Virus record (IMG/VR): IMGVR_UViG_3300008111_001458
Strand: one strand, 5' to 3'
DNA length: 64,000 nt
Origin: a virus
Taxonomy: Duplodnaviria > Heunggongvirae > Uroviricota > Caudoviricetes
In this document: in pieces, positions 36,574 to 47,073 of the stretch
How positions within the stretch are numbered: position 1 is the stretch's first letter
How the letters are laid out: each line of letters begins with the position of its first letter
Made by a program: the position numbers and the translations under genes
Notes under the pieces: model-generated
Database searches by the model: none
What the model saw: only the letters and a program-made list of their open reading frames with translations
Told to the model about the DNA's origin: nothing

Positions 36574-37131
36574 GTGAAAAAAATCGAGGACTTCAATGCC
36601 GAAGATCGTATTGATATCGAACTACTCGGAAACAGTATACATTTCTTAGTGGGAGAAATAAATGAGGACACGATCAAAAGTGCTATAAAATGGATTGTTT
36701 ACGAAAACCTAGAGTCAAAGGAAAAAACATTAACTTTATACGTTAATTCAACAGGCGGTGATCTTTATCAAGCATTTGCCTTAATTGATGTAATGCGTAG
36801 CAGTAATCACACAATTAGAACTGTTGGTATCGGTGCTGTAATGAGTGCAGCATTTTTAATTTTTGCCAGCGGTGATCAAGGTGAAAGATACGCAGCTCGT
36901 AATACTAGTTTTATGTGTCATCAGTTTTCAGAAAGTATGGATAACAAATATCATGACCTTAAAGCTACTATGCGAGAAAATGATTTATGTAATGAAAAAA
37001 TGGTACAAATATTAAAAGACGCTACAGGACTTGCTCCTAGCGTAGTCAAAAAGAAATTACTGCCCGCCAGTGATGTTTATCTATCATCCCAGGAAGTCAT
37101 AGATCTCAACGTTGCAGATCATCTGTTATAA
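36574..37131 (+). CDS. ClpP-like serine protease subunit
   Basis: GTG start with RBS aatggag. [21 protein letters not shown] ... [31 protein letters not shown] matches the ClpP core, including Ser and His catalytic positions. Confidence 0.7.
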   Translation: MKKIEDFNAEDRIDIELLGNSIHFLVGEINEDTIKSAIKWIVYENLESKEKTLTLYVNSTGGDLYQAFALIDVMRSSNHTIRTVGIGAVMSAAFLIFASGDQGERYAARNTSFMCHQFSESMDNKYHDLKATMRENDLCNEKMVQILKDATGLAPSVVKKKLLPASDVYLSSQEVIDLNVADHLL

Positions 37132-37133
37132 AT

Positions 37134-37352
37134 ATGTCTAAAGAAGATATTATTAAGTTCGACGGAACTATTGTAGAAGTTCTGCCCAACACAACTTATC
37201 GTGTAAAATTAGCAGATACCCAAACAGTAGTATATGCTTATTCTAGCGGTAAAATTAGGAAGAACAACATTAAAATTCTGTTAGGTGATACAGTAACTTT
37301 GGAGTTTAGCCCCTATGACCTTTCCAAAGGAAGGATTGTTTACCGAAAATAA
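37134..37352 (+). CDS. infA: Translation initiation factor IF-1
   Basis: 72 aa. [64 protein letters not shown] is near-collinear with E. coli InfA. Confidence 0.88.
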   Translation: MSKEDIIKFDGTIVEVLPNTTYRVKLADTQTVVYAYSSGKIRKNNIKILLGDTVTLEFSPYDLSKGRIVYRK

Positions 37353-37983
37353 AATAATTGATCCGAATAGGGTAATAGTATATCTCACGGATAGACTGTT
37401 AACTACTGAAAAAATAAGTTCTGAGGAACTGATCAAAATCCTCAAAAAAATGTTACCTTCTAAAACTAAAATTAAGGTAACTTATCAAAGATCAAAAATT
37501 ACCAAAGACTGTTTTGGAATAAATGGTTTTTTTGATTCTGATTATGTTAGAGATATAGAGTTACAGATCTGCTGCTCTAGCTTTAAAAAGAAATTCCCCA
37601 TTACAGAAGATCTAAAGCAACAGTTAATTTACGATGTTGCTGATACGCTCTGTCACGAAACTATACACAGACGTCAATTTTATCTTCGAGGAGATTGTGC
37701 AAGCATTGACGAAACTGGGGATCGTCAAAGAGATTATTATCTAGATCCAGATGAAATGTTTGCTTATTCAGTAAACATAGCACATAATCTTCACCGTAAA
37801 TATGGAGTTGATGCACTAAAACATCTTTGCGATATAAACAGCGCAGTTAAAGATGACTGTTATCTAGCGGATTATTATTACTGGTTTTATAACGATTATC
37901 CGTTTAAACGCTTATTAAAAATGATAGCACAAAATTTAGAAGCTATAAATCAGGGTGAAGTTTGCCATCGCTCTTTAATTTGA
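37315..37983 (+). CDS. Putative zinc metallopeptidase (HExxH)
   Basis: [10 protein letters not shown] contains an HExxH motif. The start is uncertain because it overlaps infA. Confidence 0.4.
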   Translation: MTFPKEGLFTENKIIDPNRVIVYLTDRLLTTEKISSEELIKILKKMLPSKTKIKVTYQRSKITKDCFGINGFFDSDYVRDIELQICCSSFKKKFPITEDLKQQLIYDVADTLCHETIHRRQFYLRGDCASIDETGDRQRDYYLDPDEMFAYSVNIAHNLHRKYGVDALKHLCDINSAVKDDCYLADYYYWFYNDYPFKRLLKMIAQNLEAINQGEVCHRSLI

Positions 37984-38020
37984 ATTGCGATAAATATTAC
38001 ATCAAAACGGATTTTTAAAT

Positions 38021-38950
38021 ATGCAACCAGTACAAATAGCTATGTCGGGAGTTACTCCCGGAACTTATGGAAACAACACCCAGATTCCTTCTTTCACAGT
38101 TGATGCTAGAGGTAGACTAGTATGGGCTGCAAATGTTGATATTCAATCAACATTTAAATTTAAGGTTAATGATGACGATAGAATTGAAACCGTTAATTTA
38201 AGTAATGATTCATTCAATTTTAGAAGTGGACATGGAATCAATATAACACCGGCACCAGACGGAATTAATATTGATTTTGATAGATCAATAATTCCCGATA
38301 CTAGTGACTTTGTTAGAAAATCAGAAACATCTCATCAATTTTTAGGATCTATAAGATCTCCGTTAATTTATTCTCAAGAAGGAATATTTGATTCAGTTAC
38401 TACAAAAGAAATATTAATAGATGGTGTATATACTAGATTTCAAACAAAAGGGTTCCATGTAGATTTTACAGACTTTGATGTTCTTGATTCTAAAGTTTTT
38501 CAAATCGATGGAATTTCAAAAAATACTAATACTGAAACAGCAAATTTTAATGTTGATATTACATCTTCTTGGTTAAAATTCACCAGTCAAATTGAACTTC
38601 CTAATTCTGCTTTAAGTTTTCCAGATGGCCATGCTTTGGGAATTATTTCTTTTCAAGATGGCGGAATTGAAATGGGATATGGTGCAGGATTAATTGCTAT
38701 CAAAAATTTTAATAATGATGGATCTTCACCGACAGGAATTTGCGTTATTACTTCAAATGGGAAAGATGATATTTTTGAAAATCCAACAAAGTTTAACTTT
38801 GGTGGCGACGGAGTATTTGAAGCACCAATTTTAAAAACAAAAAGCTATACAAGTTTGCCAGATAATCCCAAAGAAGGTTGGATAGTATTTGATGGCAACA
38901 ACAAACAATTTAAAGGGTGGAACGGAACTAGTTGGATAACTTTAGGATAA
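38021..38950 (+). CDS. Hypothetical protein, possibly structural; last + strand gene before the strand switch
   Basis: 309-aa ORF. It overlaps a convergent minus-strand gene by 23 nt. Confidence 0.4.
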   Translation: MQPVQIAMSGVTPGTYGNNTQIPSFTVDARGRLVWAANVDIQSTFKFKVNDDDRIETVNLSNDSFNFRSGHGINITPAPDGINIDFDRSIIPDTSDFVRKSETSHQFLGSIRSPLIYSQEGIFDSVTTKEILIDGVYTRFQTKGFHVDFTDFDVLDSKVFQIDGISKNTNTETANFNVDITSSWLKFTSQIELPNSALSFPDGHALGIISFQDGGIEMGYGAGLIAIKNFNNDGSSPTGICVITSNGKDDIFENPTKFNFGGDGVFEAPILKTKSYTSLPDNPKEGWIVFDGNNKQFKGWNGTSWITLG

Positions 38951-40484
38951 GAGGTTTAAAATAATCTCTTATTATTGTTTCTTTAAACATTTCTGTAAAA
39001 TTAATAGACTTAATTAAATTTTGATATTCTTTATCTGTTAAATCTAAATTTTTTTCTCTATTGCTTAGTCTACTATCATTAAAACTACTAATATAAAAAT
39101 CTCCTCGATACGGCTTATTCTTCAATGTAGAATTTAATTCTTGCGAAAGTAATTCGGCCTGTTCGTAGCTGTTTATATCAGTATCATCATCTTTTCTCCA
39201 ACTAAAGAAATTTATATCGGGATTAGGAAAATAATAACCATACTTTGAATAATTGCGATCAATTTCACTCATATACATGTATTTCATAATATTGTGATTA
39301 CCAATAATACTTAAAGGAAATGTGTTAGCTAAATCTATTGGGCAATCTTTTCTTTTAAAAAATTCAACAGCCTTATAAATTGTATCTGTACTTTCGTAAG
39401 GTAAACCTATAATAATCCCCGAAGCAATGTAACTTCGATCTCCCCAAATTTCTTTACACTGATAGATAGTATCTATTAATCTTTCACTAGCCATCCCCTT
39501 ACCAATAAACTTTGCAGTTTTTGGATTAAATGTTTCTAGACCAAAGTAAGTTTCTGCTATACCGGCATCTTTTAGTAATTGTATTTGCTCTGGGTGTGCC
39601 GCTAATAAATCTGCTCTTAGATAACACCAAAATTTTAATTCAAAAGGCAAACTCTGACTAACATCTGCAAACATCTGCATCTTTTCTGTACTATCATTAA
39701 ACGTATCATCAACAATAAAATATTTTGTTGTTCCCCATTGTTCATAATTTTCTAAGAGTTCTCTACGTATAACATCAGCTTGTTTAAGATAGTTGACTGT
39801 TTTCTGTCCTATCAAAGGATACGAGCAATAGGCACATTTAAATTTACAACCTCTGCTGACTTCTAAATTTAAAGTTTCTTGAGGTTGTATTAAATCCCAG
39901 GACGTATATGAAGTAGTACTTAATTTAAAATCCCATGTTGGATTGTGCGCCTTACGATCATGATCTATAATTCTATTAAATATCCTTTTTGTTTTTCCCG
40001 ACAGAGAATCTAACAAATCAATAGTTTCAGTTTCTCCTAATCCGACTATAACATAATCTGTAGGAGCATTAAGATAAAAATCAATCCTTGCACCACCCAA
40101 CATTGTTTTTGTTTTTAAATTACATTGTTTGACATAATCGATCCAGGGTTTATAATTATCTCGAGCAAACTCAGTAACTAAACTTGGAATCTCAAATCGT
40201 TCTTTATCTGTTCCTGTTCCTTCTCCCGGATTACTGGTTCTAACACCAATATCAGGAAACTTAAAAGGCATCCATGTTGTACTATAGCCAACTAGTAATG
40301 TGTTTGGTCCAATTGCTTTATCTAATATTTCAGTGTATATTTCCCAAGTAACAAGAGAGCTAAAATTAATTACTAAACAGCTATAACCATAATTGCGTAT
40401 ATGACTGGCTAATCTGTGTACACCATAACCTCTAGATTTAATATTAAATTCTACAGTGTCAGTAAAAAGAATAACATCAAACAT
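38928..40484 (-). CDS. B12-binding (class B) radical-SAM protein, paralog 1
   Basis: N-terminal cobalamin-binding Rossmann-like domain (MFDVILFTDT...GYSCLVINFSS), then a radical-SAM core with LEVSRGCKFKCAYCSYP (CxxxCxxC). Confidence 0.7.
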   Translation of the reverse strand: MFDVILFTDTVEFNIKSRGYGVHRLASHIRNYGYSCLVINFSSLVTWEIYTEILDKAIGPNTLLVGYSTTWMPFKFPDIGVRTSNPGEGTGTDKERFEIPSLVTEFARDNYKPWIDYVKQCNLKTKTMLGGARIDFYLNAPTDYVIVGLGETETIDLLDSLSGKTKRIFNRIIDHDRKAHNPTWDFKLSTTSYTSWDLIQPQETLNLEVSRGCKFKCAYCSYPLIGQKTVNYLKQADVIRRELLENYEQWGTTKYFIVDDTFNDSTEKMQMFADVSQSLPFELKFWCYLRADLLAAHPEQIQLLKDAGIAETYFGLETFNPKTAKFIGKGMASERLIDTIYQCKEIWGDRSYIASGIIIGLPYESTDTIYKAVEFFKRKDCPIDLANTFPLSIIGNHNIMKYMYMSEIDRNYSKYGYYFPNPDINFFSWRKDDDTDINSYEQAELLSQELNSTLKNKPYRGDFYISSFNDSRLSNREKNLDLTDKEYQNLIKSINFTEMFKETIIRDYFKPLILKLSN

Positions 40485-42087
40485 TTTTATTTTTAAGATA
40501 GTTTAACAACGGTTGAAAATATTCTTTATTGGTATGATCATAAAACAGTTGATTAAAGTCTATAGAATTTATTAAATTATTATATTCTATCTTTGGCATA
40601 TCGATAGTAAACTCTCTATTTCCAAGTATTGGATGATTGAAAGAACTAACATAAAAATCTCCCTGACGTATTCTTTGATATGATGCTAATTCTTTAGTGG
40701 TAATGTCGGCTATTTCTTGTGCTTGATAAAAATTTTTAATATCGGTATCATCTTTCTCCCAATATAACATTCCGTCTACTCCGTCCTTAGGAAATTGATA
40801 TCCAAACTTTTCGTAGTTTTCGTCAAACCAACTAGTAGGGAACCATTTATTTCTATCGGTTTTTTTAATTATATTGAGAGGATATACTGTCGAAATATCT
40901 AGCGGACAATCTCTACGCTTTAACCAATCAACGGTTTCTCTCCAACTAGCCTGGGTTTCGTGAGGAAGGCCAATCATAAAACCCCCTTCTAACCATACTC
41001 GATCACCCCACACTTCTTTTGCTCTATATAAAGTATCCTTACGGCGACTTGATGGCATTCCCTTACCAATAGTTTTTGAGCTCTTGTCATTAAAAGTTTC
41101 AAGACCAAAAAATGTTTCTGCTATGCCTATTTCTTTTAACAGTTCCATCTGTTCGGGATGTGCGGCTAATAGATCAACTCGGGTATAACACCAAAATTTA
41201 ATTTTAAAAGGCAAGTCGCTCATTACCTTGGCCAACATTTCTAATTTTTCAGTGCTGTCATTAAATGTATCATCCACAATAAAATACTTAGTAGTACCCC
41301 AAAGTTCGTAATTTTTTAACAACTCGTCACGAATAATAGTTGGATATTTTAAATAATCATTGACATTTTTTTGACCAATAAGAGGAAAGTTGCAGAACGA
41401 ACATTTAAATCTACATCCGCGACCTACTTCTAAGTTAAGAGTTTCTTGAGGTTGTATAAAATCATATTCTGTGTATTGTGTGCTACTTTCTCTAAAATCC
41501 CATGTAGGAGCATGAGCTTTTCTATCGTGATCGATATATTTTCCAAATATGCGTTTTGTTTTTCCCGATAGTCGATCTAATAAATCAATAGTTTCAGTTT
41601 CGGCAATTCCAAAAATAACATGATCTATATTTTTTAGATCCATATAAAAATCTGCTTTTGCACCACCTAATACAATTTTTAATTTTGAATTAATTGTTTT
41701 AGGATATAACAACCATTCTTCAACTTCATTCTTTCCAAATTTAACCACTAAATTATCTTTTCTCCAATCGTGCATCTCTGACTTTAAATGACTTAATTCA
41801 TGTTGTTCCCCAATATGGTGTCCGGGAATCTGATTGGTAAATTCTCCTGGTTTTTCCGGCCATCTATAAGGTAACCAAGTTGTACTAAAACCAACCATAA
41901 GAGTTTCTGGTCCCACTGAATTATCAATAATTTCTTTATATCTATCAAATGTTAGTGCCGAACTAAAATCAATGACAAGACAAGAGTAACCATTTGTTCT
42001 AATTTGACTAGCAATTCTATGCACACCATAACCTCTAATTTTATGATGAGGATAGGGAGCATCGGTAAATAGTATGACATTAAACAT
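40477..42087 (-). CDS. B12-binding radical-SAM protein, paralog 2 (tandem duplicate of 38928-40484)
   Basis: MFNVILFTDAPYPHHKIRGYGVHRIASQIRTNGYSCLVIDFSS ... LEVGRGCRFKCSFCNFP, collinear with paralog 1. Confidence 0.7.
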   Translation of the reverse strand: MFNVILFTDAPYPHHKIRGYGVHRIASQIRTNGYSCLVIDFSSALTFDRYKEIIDNSVGPETLMVGFSTTWLPYRWPEKPGEFTNQIPGHHIGEQHELSHLKSEMHDWRKDNLVVKFGKNEVEEWLLYPKTINSKLKIVLGGAKADFYMDLKNIDHVIFGIAETETIDLLDRLSGKTKRIFGKYIDHDRKAHAPTWDFRESSTQYTEYDFIQPQETLNLEVGRGCRFKCSFCNFPLIGQKNVNDYLKYPTIIRDELLKNYELWGTTKYFIVDDTFNDSTEKLEMLAKVMSDLPFKIKFWCYTRVDLLAAHPEQMELLKEIGIAETFFGLETFNDKSSKTIGKGMPSSRRKDTLYRAKEVWGDRVWLEGGFMIGLPHETQASWRETVDWLKRRDCPLDISTVYPLNIIKKTDRNKWFPTSWFDENYEKFGYQFPKDGVDGMLYWEKDDTDIKNFYQAQEIADITTKELASYQRIRQGDFYVSSFNHPILGNREFTIDMPKIEYNNLINSIDFNQLFYDHTNKEYFQPLLNYLKNKNV

Positions 42088-42110
42088 CTAGTTATTTAAG
42101 TGAGATATCT

Positions 42111-42797
42111 ATGGTAAAAAAATTTAATTCAGTTCTAGCATTTGGAGATAGTCATGTTGCTGGATGTGAATTATCAAATCAATATACTTTTGAAGATTAT
42201 ACCAGAGGTAAAATAACAATAGAACAAGCAGATGATTCTGGAAAAAAATTAGCCTTTCCTCAAGTGGTTGCTGATAAATTAAATATTCCTTGTTATAATT
42301 ATGCAATGACTGGCGGAAGTAATGCTCGTAGTCTAAGATTATTAGTCAACGCATTACAAGAACATCCAAATAGTTTAGTATTGTTTGGGTATACATGTAC
42401 AGATAGAACAGAATTTTACTATCCAGACGTTGGCAATTTCTTAGGTAGAGATAAAGATAAATTCATACAAGTTGGTATGCAATGGAAAGGTAAGGTTGAT
42501 GGAACCATGATTCATCCAATTAACGATCTGTTTGTTAATGAAATGCTTCGTCCTTATAATAATTTAAATGAATTAATGTTTATAGTAGATAATTTATGTA
42601 CAGGATGGGCTACTGATTTTTTACATTTACCGTTGTTTCCAGAAATTATACCAAAGGTAGATAATGTTTTTAATTTTGAAAGTTGTGAGAATTATGTAAA
42701 TTGGTGTGAATTCAAAATGTATAAAAAATTACCATTTTATCATTACGATCAAGAAGCACATAATAATTTGGCTAGATTAATTCTTGAGGAGTTATAA
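42111..42797 (+). CDS. SGNH/GDSL-family hydrolase
   Basis: N-terminal block VLAFGDSHVAG (GDS-H). Confidence 0.5.
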   Translation: MVKKFNSVLAFGDSHVAGCELSNQYTFEDYTRGKITIEQADDSGKKLAFPQVVADKLNIPCYNYAMTGGSNARSLRLLVNALQEHPNSLVLFGYTCTDRTEFYYPDVGNFLGRDKDKFIQVGMQWKGKVDGTMIHPINDLFVNEMLRPYNNLNELMFIVDNLCTGWATDFLHLPLFPEIIPKVDNVFNFESCENYVNWCEFKMYKKLPFYHYDQEAHNNLARLILEEL

Positions 42798-43150
42798 TGT
42801 CTTGGGGTTATCATATTATGTTAGATTGTGCCGGTTGTGATTTAAAAAAAATTAAAGATAAAGATCACATATGGGCATTTGTATATACATTAATAAAACG
42901 TGTTGAAATGGAAGCGCACGGAAAAATGATCATTGAAAATTTATTACCAGGAACAGACAATGAAGGATATAGTGTATTACAAATGATTACTACAAGTAAT
43001 ATAAATTGTCATTTTGTAAACAAGACTGCTGATGCTTATATTGATTTGTTTAGCTGTAAAGAATTTAAAGCAGAAATAGTTATTGCTACTGTTAAAGAAT
43101 TTTTTAATCCAACCAGCATCAAATTAAACTTTGTAGAAAGACAGGCTTAG
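42797..43150 (+). CDS. speD: S-adenosylmethionine decarboxylase proenzyme, small bacterial pyruvoyl type (SpeD/SpeH-like)
   Basis: HIMLDCAGCD...IKDKDHIWAFVYT ... SNINCHFVNKTADAYIDLFSCKEF parallels B. subtilis SpeD (HVISELWGCD...ESHLTIHTWPE...AAIDVFTCG). Confidence 0.55.
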   Translation: MSWGYHIMLDCAGCDLKKIKDKDHIWAFVYTLIKRVEMEAHGKMIIENLLPGTDNEGYSVLQMITTSNINCHFVNKTADAYIDLFSCKEFKAEIVIATVKEFFNPTSIKLNFVERQA

Positions 43151-44226
43151 GGATCTATCCTCATATCCTCTCTGCTACGAAATCTATAACGTTCCGGAAC
43201 GGTGTCATATAATATCATATTCTTGTTTACAGCCGCGTCACGTAGCATGATTTGATGTAGAAAATTACTAATAGGTTTATTAGGTACAAAGTCACACCAC
43301 GGACCACATCGTAGCTCTTCCATATCAATGGTTTTAGGATCGCTCCATTGTATTAATCTATGTGTGATACCGTTAATCTTAACCATATAATGATACAGAT
43401 TATCATCTGCAGGTATCTTTTCCCATGTCCATCCTTTGCTGTCTACATAGTCCTTAATTGCTTTTACATGGTCACTAAGATAATAACGAGGTTCATCCGG
43501 GTTGCGACCAATGTCGCTGCCAGCACGTACACGATACTGTAAGGCATTATTTCCTAGTTTTTGTATTTCTTCTAGTACTTCTGGAATGTGATTTAAGTTT
43601 TCTAATGTATAACCTACGTAGTAAACAACAATGCCAGCAGCCTTACAATTCTCAATACCTTGTAACTGTTTTTGATGTACAGTATCACCTTGGTACGAAT
43701 GATGGTTAAGTCCTACCATCACAGCACGACATCCAGCCTTGGCTATTTCTTCAGTCCACTGCTTATCAGCGAGCTTAACACCATTAGTTAAAATTGTAAT
43801 ATCCTGGTGTGTTCTGCCTAGGCGAGTTTGTACATGTCTGATGTTTCTAATTAGTTCAGGTAAGTCTTTACGTAGTGTAGGTTCAGCACCTGCAAGGATA
43901 ACGCTACCAGCATCTTCAGGCCAACTTTCAATTTGTTGAAGTATTAATCCTAAGGGTTTGTCTGTTGTTGCATTTTCTGGTTCATGATAACAGTGCGGGC
44001 ATTTTAAATTACAGCGATCTGTAACTTCAATCATAATACCACTGGGCACATCGTATCCGTACGGATCAAATTCTAAACTCTTATAAAAGTCTGAATCGCG
44101 TTCTATCATATATTCACTATAACCGTGCTCCGGACACTCTTTACTCATCCACACGCTACCATCTCGTATAAACTTTTTAGCAGAAACGTGTCTATAACAA
44201 TGTTCGCATAAACTTATTGTGTCCAT
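43147..44226 (-). CDS. Radical-SAM protein with N-terminal Cys-rich (zinc-ribbon-like) extension
   Basis: VTDRCNLKCPHCYHEP CxxxCxxC. Additional Cys pairs at the N- and C-termini. Confidence 0.6.
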   Translation of the reverse strand: MDTISLCEHCYRHVSAKKFIRDGSVWMSKECPEHGYSEYMIERDSDFYKSLEFDPYGYDVPSGIMIEVTDRCNLKCPHCYHEPENATTDKPLGLILQQIESWPEDAGSVILAGAEPTLRKDLPELIRNIRHVQTRLGRTHQDITILTNGVKLADKQWTEEIAKAGCRAVMVGLNHHSYQGDTVHQKQLQGIENCKAAGIVVYYVGYTLENLNHIPEVLEEIQKLGNNALQYRVRAGSDIGRNPDEPRYYLSDHVKAIKDYVDSKGWTWEKIPADDNLYHYMVKINGITHRLIQWSDPKTIDMEELRCGPWCDFVPNKPISNFLHQIMLRDAAVNKNMILYDTVPERYRFRSREDMRIDP

Positions 44227-44759
44227 CTATCTACCTTTGATAATTGATCTAAAAATATATTTTTATTAAGTTTCCAGAACGTTTGTTTATGACCTCTATA
44301 ATTATGATCAAACGCTCTGGTCAGCACTCCTGTAGATTCTAATGTGGGCCCCCATATTGTATGAACTAATCTTTGTGTGCCAACTTCGCTTTCGTGACTA
44401 GTAATATACATATCATGATTGCCTACCCATTCAATACAAGTGGGCATAAAAAACTGTGCAGTAATATGTTGATGATTTTTAATTTGATTAATTGTTCTTA
44501 AAGTTATTTTAGGTAAGTGATTGGTTAATACACATGTTCTAGCACAAATCCTATATCCAAGATCGTCTAAAGTATGTGCCGCCACAGATCCAACGGGGTG
44601 GTCATTATAATATAATATCCAGATGTTCCAACGTACTTCATTTTTAAAACAATCGATCATTGCTGCTTGACTTGAGTTATTTACGAAACCTCTAGATTTT
44701 GCCTCGGCATAAAATTCAGTAAGATCTAAATCTTCCGACCATGGAACTATTTTATACAT
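44214..44759 (-). CDS. Hypothetical protein
   Basis: 181-aa ORF. Confidence 0.4.
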   Translation of the reverse strand: MYKIVPWSEDLDLTEFYAEAKSRGFVNNSSQAAMIDCFKNEVRWNIWILYYNDHPVGSVAAHTLDDLGYRICARTCVLTNHLPKITLRTINQIKNHQHITAQFFMPTCIEWVGNHDMYITSHESEVGTQRLVHTIWGPTLESTGVLTRAFDHNYRGHKQTFWKLNKNIFLDQLSKVDRWTQ

Positions 44760-45451
44760 TCTTTTACACTTTCTATAAAATCTTGAGGATAGTTTGTTCT
44801 AAAACTCTCCCAACATAATTGGTCCATTATTTTCCAAGGTTGCGGTGTATGCCATTCGATGTTCAGTGTTTTTAAATGCTTACGCATTTCTGCTTGTCTA
44901 TTAGAGTGGATGTGACTTTCAACATCTTTAATGCTAATATTAGGTTCTTCTTCATGATATGTAAAAAAATAATTAATGCTTTTAAGCTGACCGTTAACAA
45001 CAAAATAACTGCTGGGATGCATACTATATTTGTGTAATCCTAAACTTTTGTGGGCTGTGATAATTTTACACATCTGATCTTTCCAATCTGGTAATACTTT
45101 ATCATAATTTTCAGTAACACATCCTGCACGATTCCAAAAGTCTAAACCATCTATAGACAAATAAATTTTTTGTTCTTTATGATTTATTTCTAATATTTTT
45201 GGAACTTTATCTTCATACTTCCGGGCCATTTCTATAAGATATTTTACTTCACGATTCCACTTAGCATTCATCAGATTCGAATCAACAACTTCATTATTCC
45301 CTTTATGATATTCACTATCATTATGATACCATTGGACAAAAGTTTTTTTATCACGACTGATCAAGCTGGTGTAAATAAGGTTGTTCCTTGTTAAACCAAC
45401 TCCAGGAACATTGTTGTAATAATATTCATAATCCATACATTTAATTATCAA
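44747..45451 (-). CDS. Hypothetical protein
   Basis: 234-aa ORF. Confidence 0.4.
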   Translation of the reverse strand: MIIKCMDYEYYYNNVPGVGLTRNNLIYTSLISRDKKTFVQWYHNDSEYHKGNNEVVDSNLMNAKWNREVKYLIEMARKYEDKVPKILEINHKEQKIYLSIDGLDFWNRAGCVTENYDKVLPDWKDQMCKIITAHKSLGLHKYSMHPSSYFVVNGQLKSINYFFTYHEEEPNISIKDVESHIHSNRQAEMRKHLKTLNIEWHTPQPWKIMDQLCWESFRTNYPQDFIESVKECIK

Positions 45452-45459
45452 GAAAAATA

Positions 45460-46263
45460 ATGATCAAAGGTATAAACGAACAACCCTACTTTAACATGGA
45501 ACCATATTTGGATATGGCCAAGTTTGAGCAACTACAACCTGAAATTTTAACTGGTTTTGCTCTAGCACGAGAAAATGCTAAAGAAGGCACTTGGATGAAG
45601 CCCGGTTTTAATTTTGATAATATGAGTTATAAACTAAGCTGGAAACCAATATATCAAGCCATGGATGAATTTATGGAGTTGCCTAAAGATGATCCTATAT
45701 ATCAAACCGGCATAAAACTAATGCCTACAGATTTTAAAAACTTCCAACAGCGTAATAAGTTTACTCGTTATTTGAAAATGGCAATGGGTGCCTACGATCC
45801 TTACATTTACTATTACTTGTGGGAAGAAGGCTCATGGGATGATCGAACAGCACCACGCAAACTAACTCCAGAAGCAGAACATTTTCCTAACGTAGTTAAG
45901 TGGGTTGAAAGCCTAGTAGGCACAGTGTTCAAAGACATTGGCCGTGTTATATTCTTCCATTGTGAAGCCGATGGCATTCCGTTTGAACACAGAGACTTAG
46001 ATGCTAAGAATGGTATCGATGTTGTTAAGCCACATTGCAACGAGTTTATACATGTTCGACCAAATACAAAAAAAGCCATGTACTTATGGGATCCAGAAAC
46101 AAAAAATAAAACATATCTTAATACTAGAGCCGCCTGGTGGAATGACGTAGATTGGCATGGCGGAGAACGTATTATGGAACAGAGCTATAGCCTACGCATT
46201 GACGGCAAATTTACAGAAGCATTTCGTAAACAACTAGGAGTAGATCACCTTGACAGCTATTGA
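45460..46263 (+). CDS. Hypothetical protein
   Basis: 267-aa ORF. Confidence 0.4.
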   Translation: MIKGINEQPYFNMEPYLDMAKFEQLQPEILTGFALARENAKEGTWMKPGFNFDNMSYKLSWKPIYQAMDEFMELPKDDPIYQTGIKLMPTDFKNFQQRNKFTRYLKMAMGAYDPYIYYYLWEEGSWDDRTAPRKLTPEAEHFPNVVKWVESLVGTVFKDIGRVIFFHCEADGIPFEHRDLDAKNGIDVVKPHCNEFIHVRPNTKKAMYLWDPETKNKTYLNTRAAWWNDVDWHGGERIMEQSYSLRIDGKFTEAFRKQLGVDHLDSY

Positions 46264-46825
46264 TCACGGCATATTTTCACTAGACATTGTAGATAATCTT
46301 GCAGTAATGGAATTTAATCCGGAGGGTGATAGATATCCCGATGACCTAGTTAATGAAGTATATACTAGAGAATGTAGATATCTTGAAAGATTGTCAAGGT
46401 ATTCTTGGGCACCGCAGAACATACATCTATTAAAACCATTCAGACAAATATGTTTTGAATGGTATGGTAATACCTGTGAGGATTGGTTACCGAAGGATTA
46501 TAAAGAACAGTTAGAGCAAATAGTATCTGATTTGCATAAAGAACAAATATATAAACCTAGCTTTTATCCCAAGTACTTCTACTCAGATAAGAATGGACAA
46601 CTACATGCATATGCATTTTATAGTTCTAGCGATTATAGCGAACAGCCCATACATATGGACTTCTATAAACCTATATTGAATCCTAGACGTGAAGAGCTTG
46701 TTAATTTCTTGCTAGGAGATAGCAAGACACTAGATATGGGTTTACTTGTTGAAAGAGCGTTTACGGACTATATTAAATGGCCAGAAGATGCATTAAAAGA
46801 AATTTATAATAAAGTTTATAGATAG
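46250..46825 (+). CDS. Hypothetical protein
   Basis: 191-aa ORF. Confidence 0.4.
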   Translation: MTAIDHGIFSLDIVDNLAVMEFNPEGDRYPDDLVNEVYTRECRYLERLSRYSWAPQNIHLLKPFRQICFEWYGNTCEDWLPKDYKEQLEQIVSDLHKEQIYKPSFYPKYFYSDKNGQLHAYAFYSSSDYSEQPIHMDFYKPILNPRREELVNFLLGDSKTLDMGLLVERAFTDYIKWPEDALKEIYNKVYR

Positions 46826-47073
46826 TCTTTTTCTTTTTCTATCATCATTAACACAAAGGTATTAATATTTTTCCAAGATTTAATAAATTCTTCGTTATTA
46901 TCTAACCATTGTTTAAATTCATCACTTTCTAAATAATCTTTATAATCTACATGGTCAATGTTTTTTATAAATTTGCTAATGCTATACATAATATCAGCCG
47001 GAGTATCCATTTCGTTTGTCATTGCAATTATGTTATAAATTTCTTCTTGAAGATTATTCATAAGAATTAACAA
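46816..47073 (-). CDS. Hypothetical small acidic protein
   Basis: 85-aa ORF. Confidence 0.35.
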   Translation of the reverse strand: MLILMNNLQEEIYNIIAMTNEMDTPADIMYSISKFIKNIDHVDYKDYLESDEFKQWLDNNEEFIKSWKNINTFVLMMIEKEKDYL

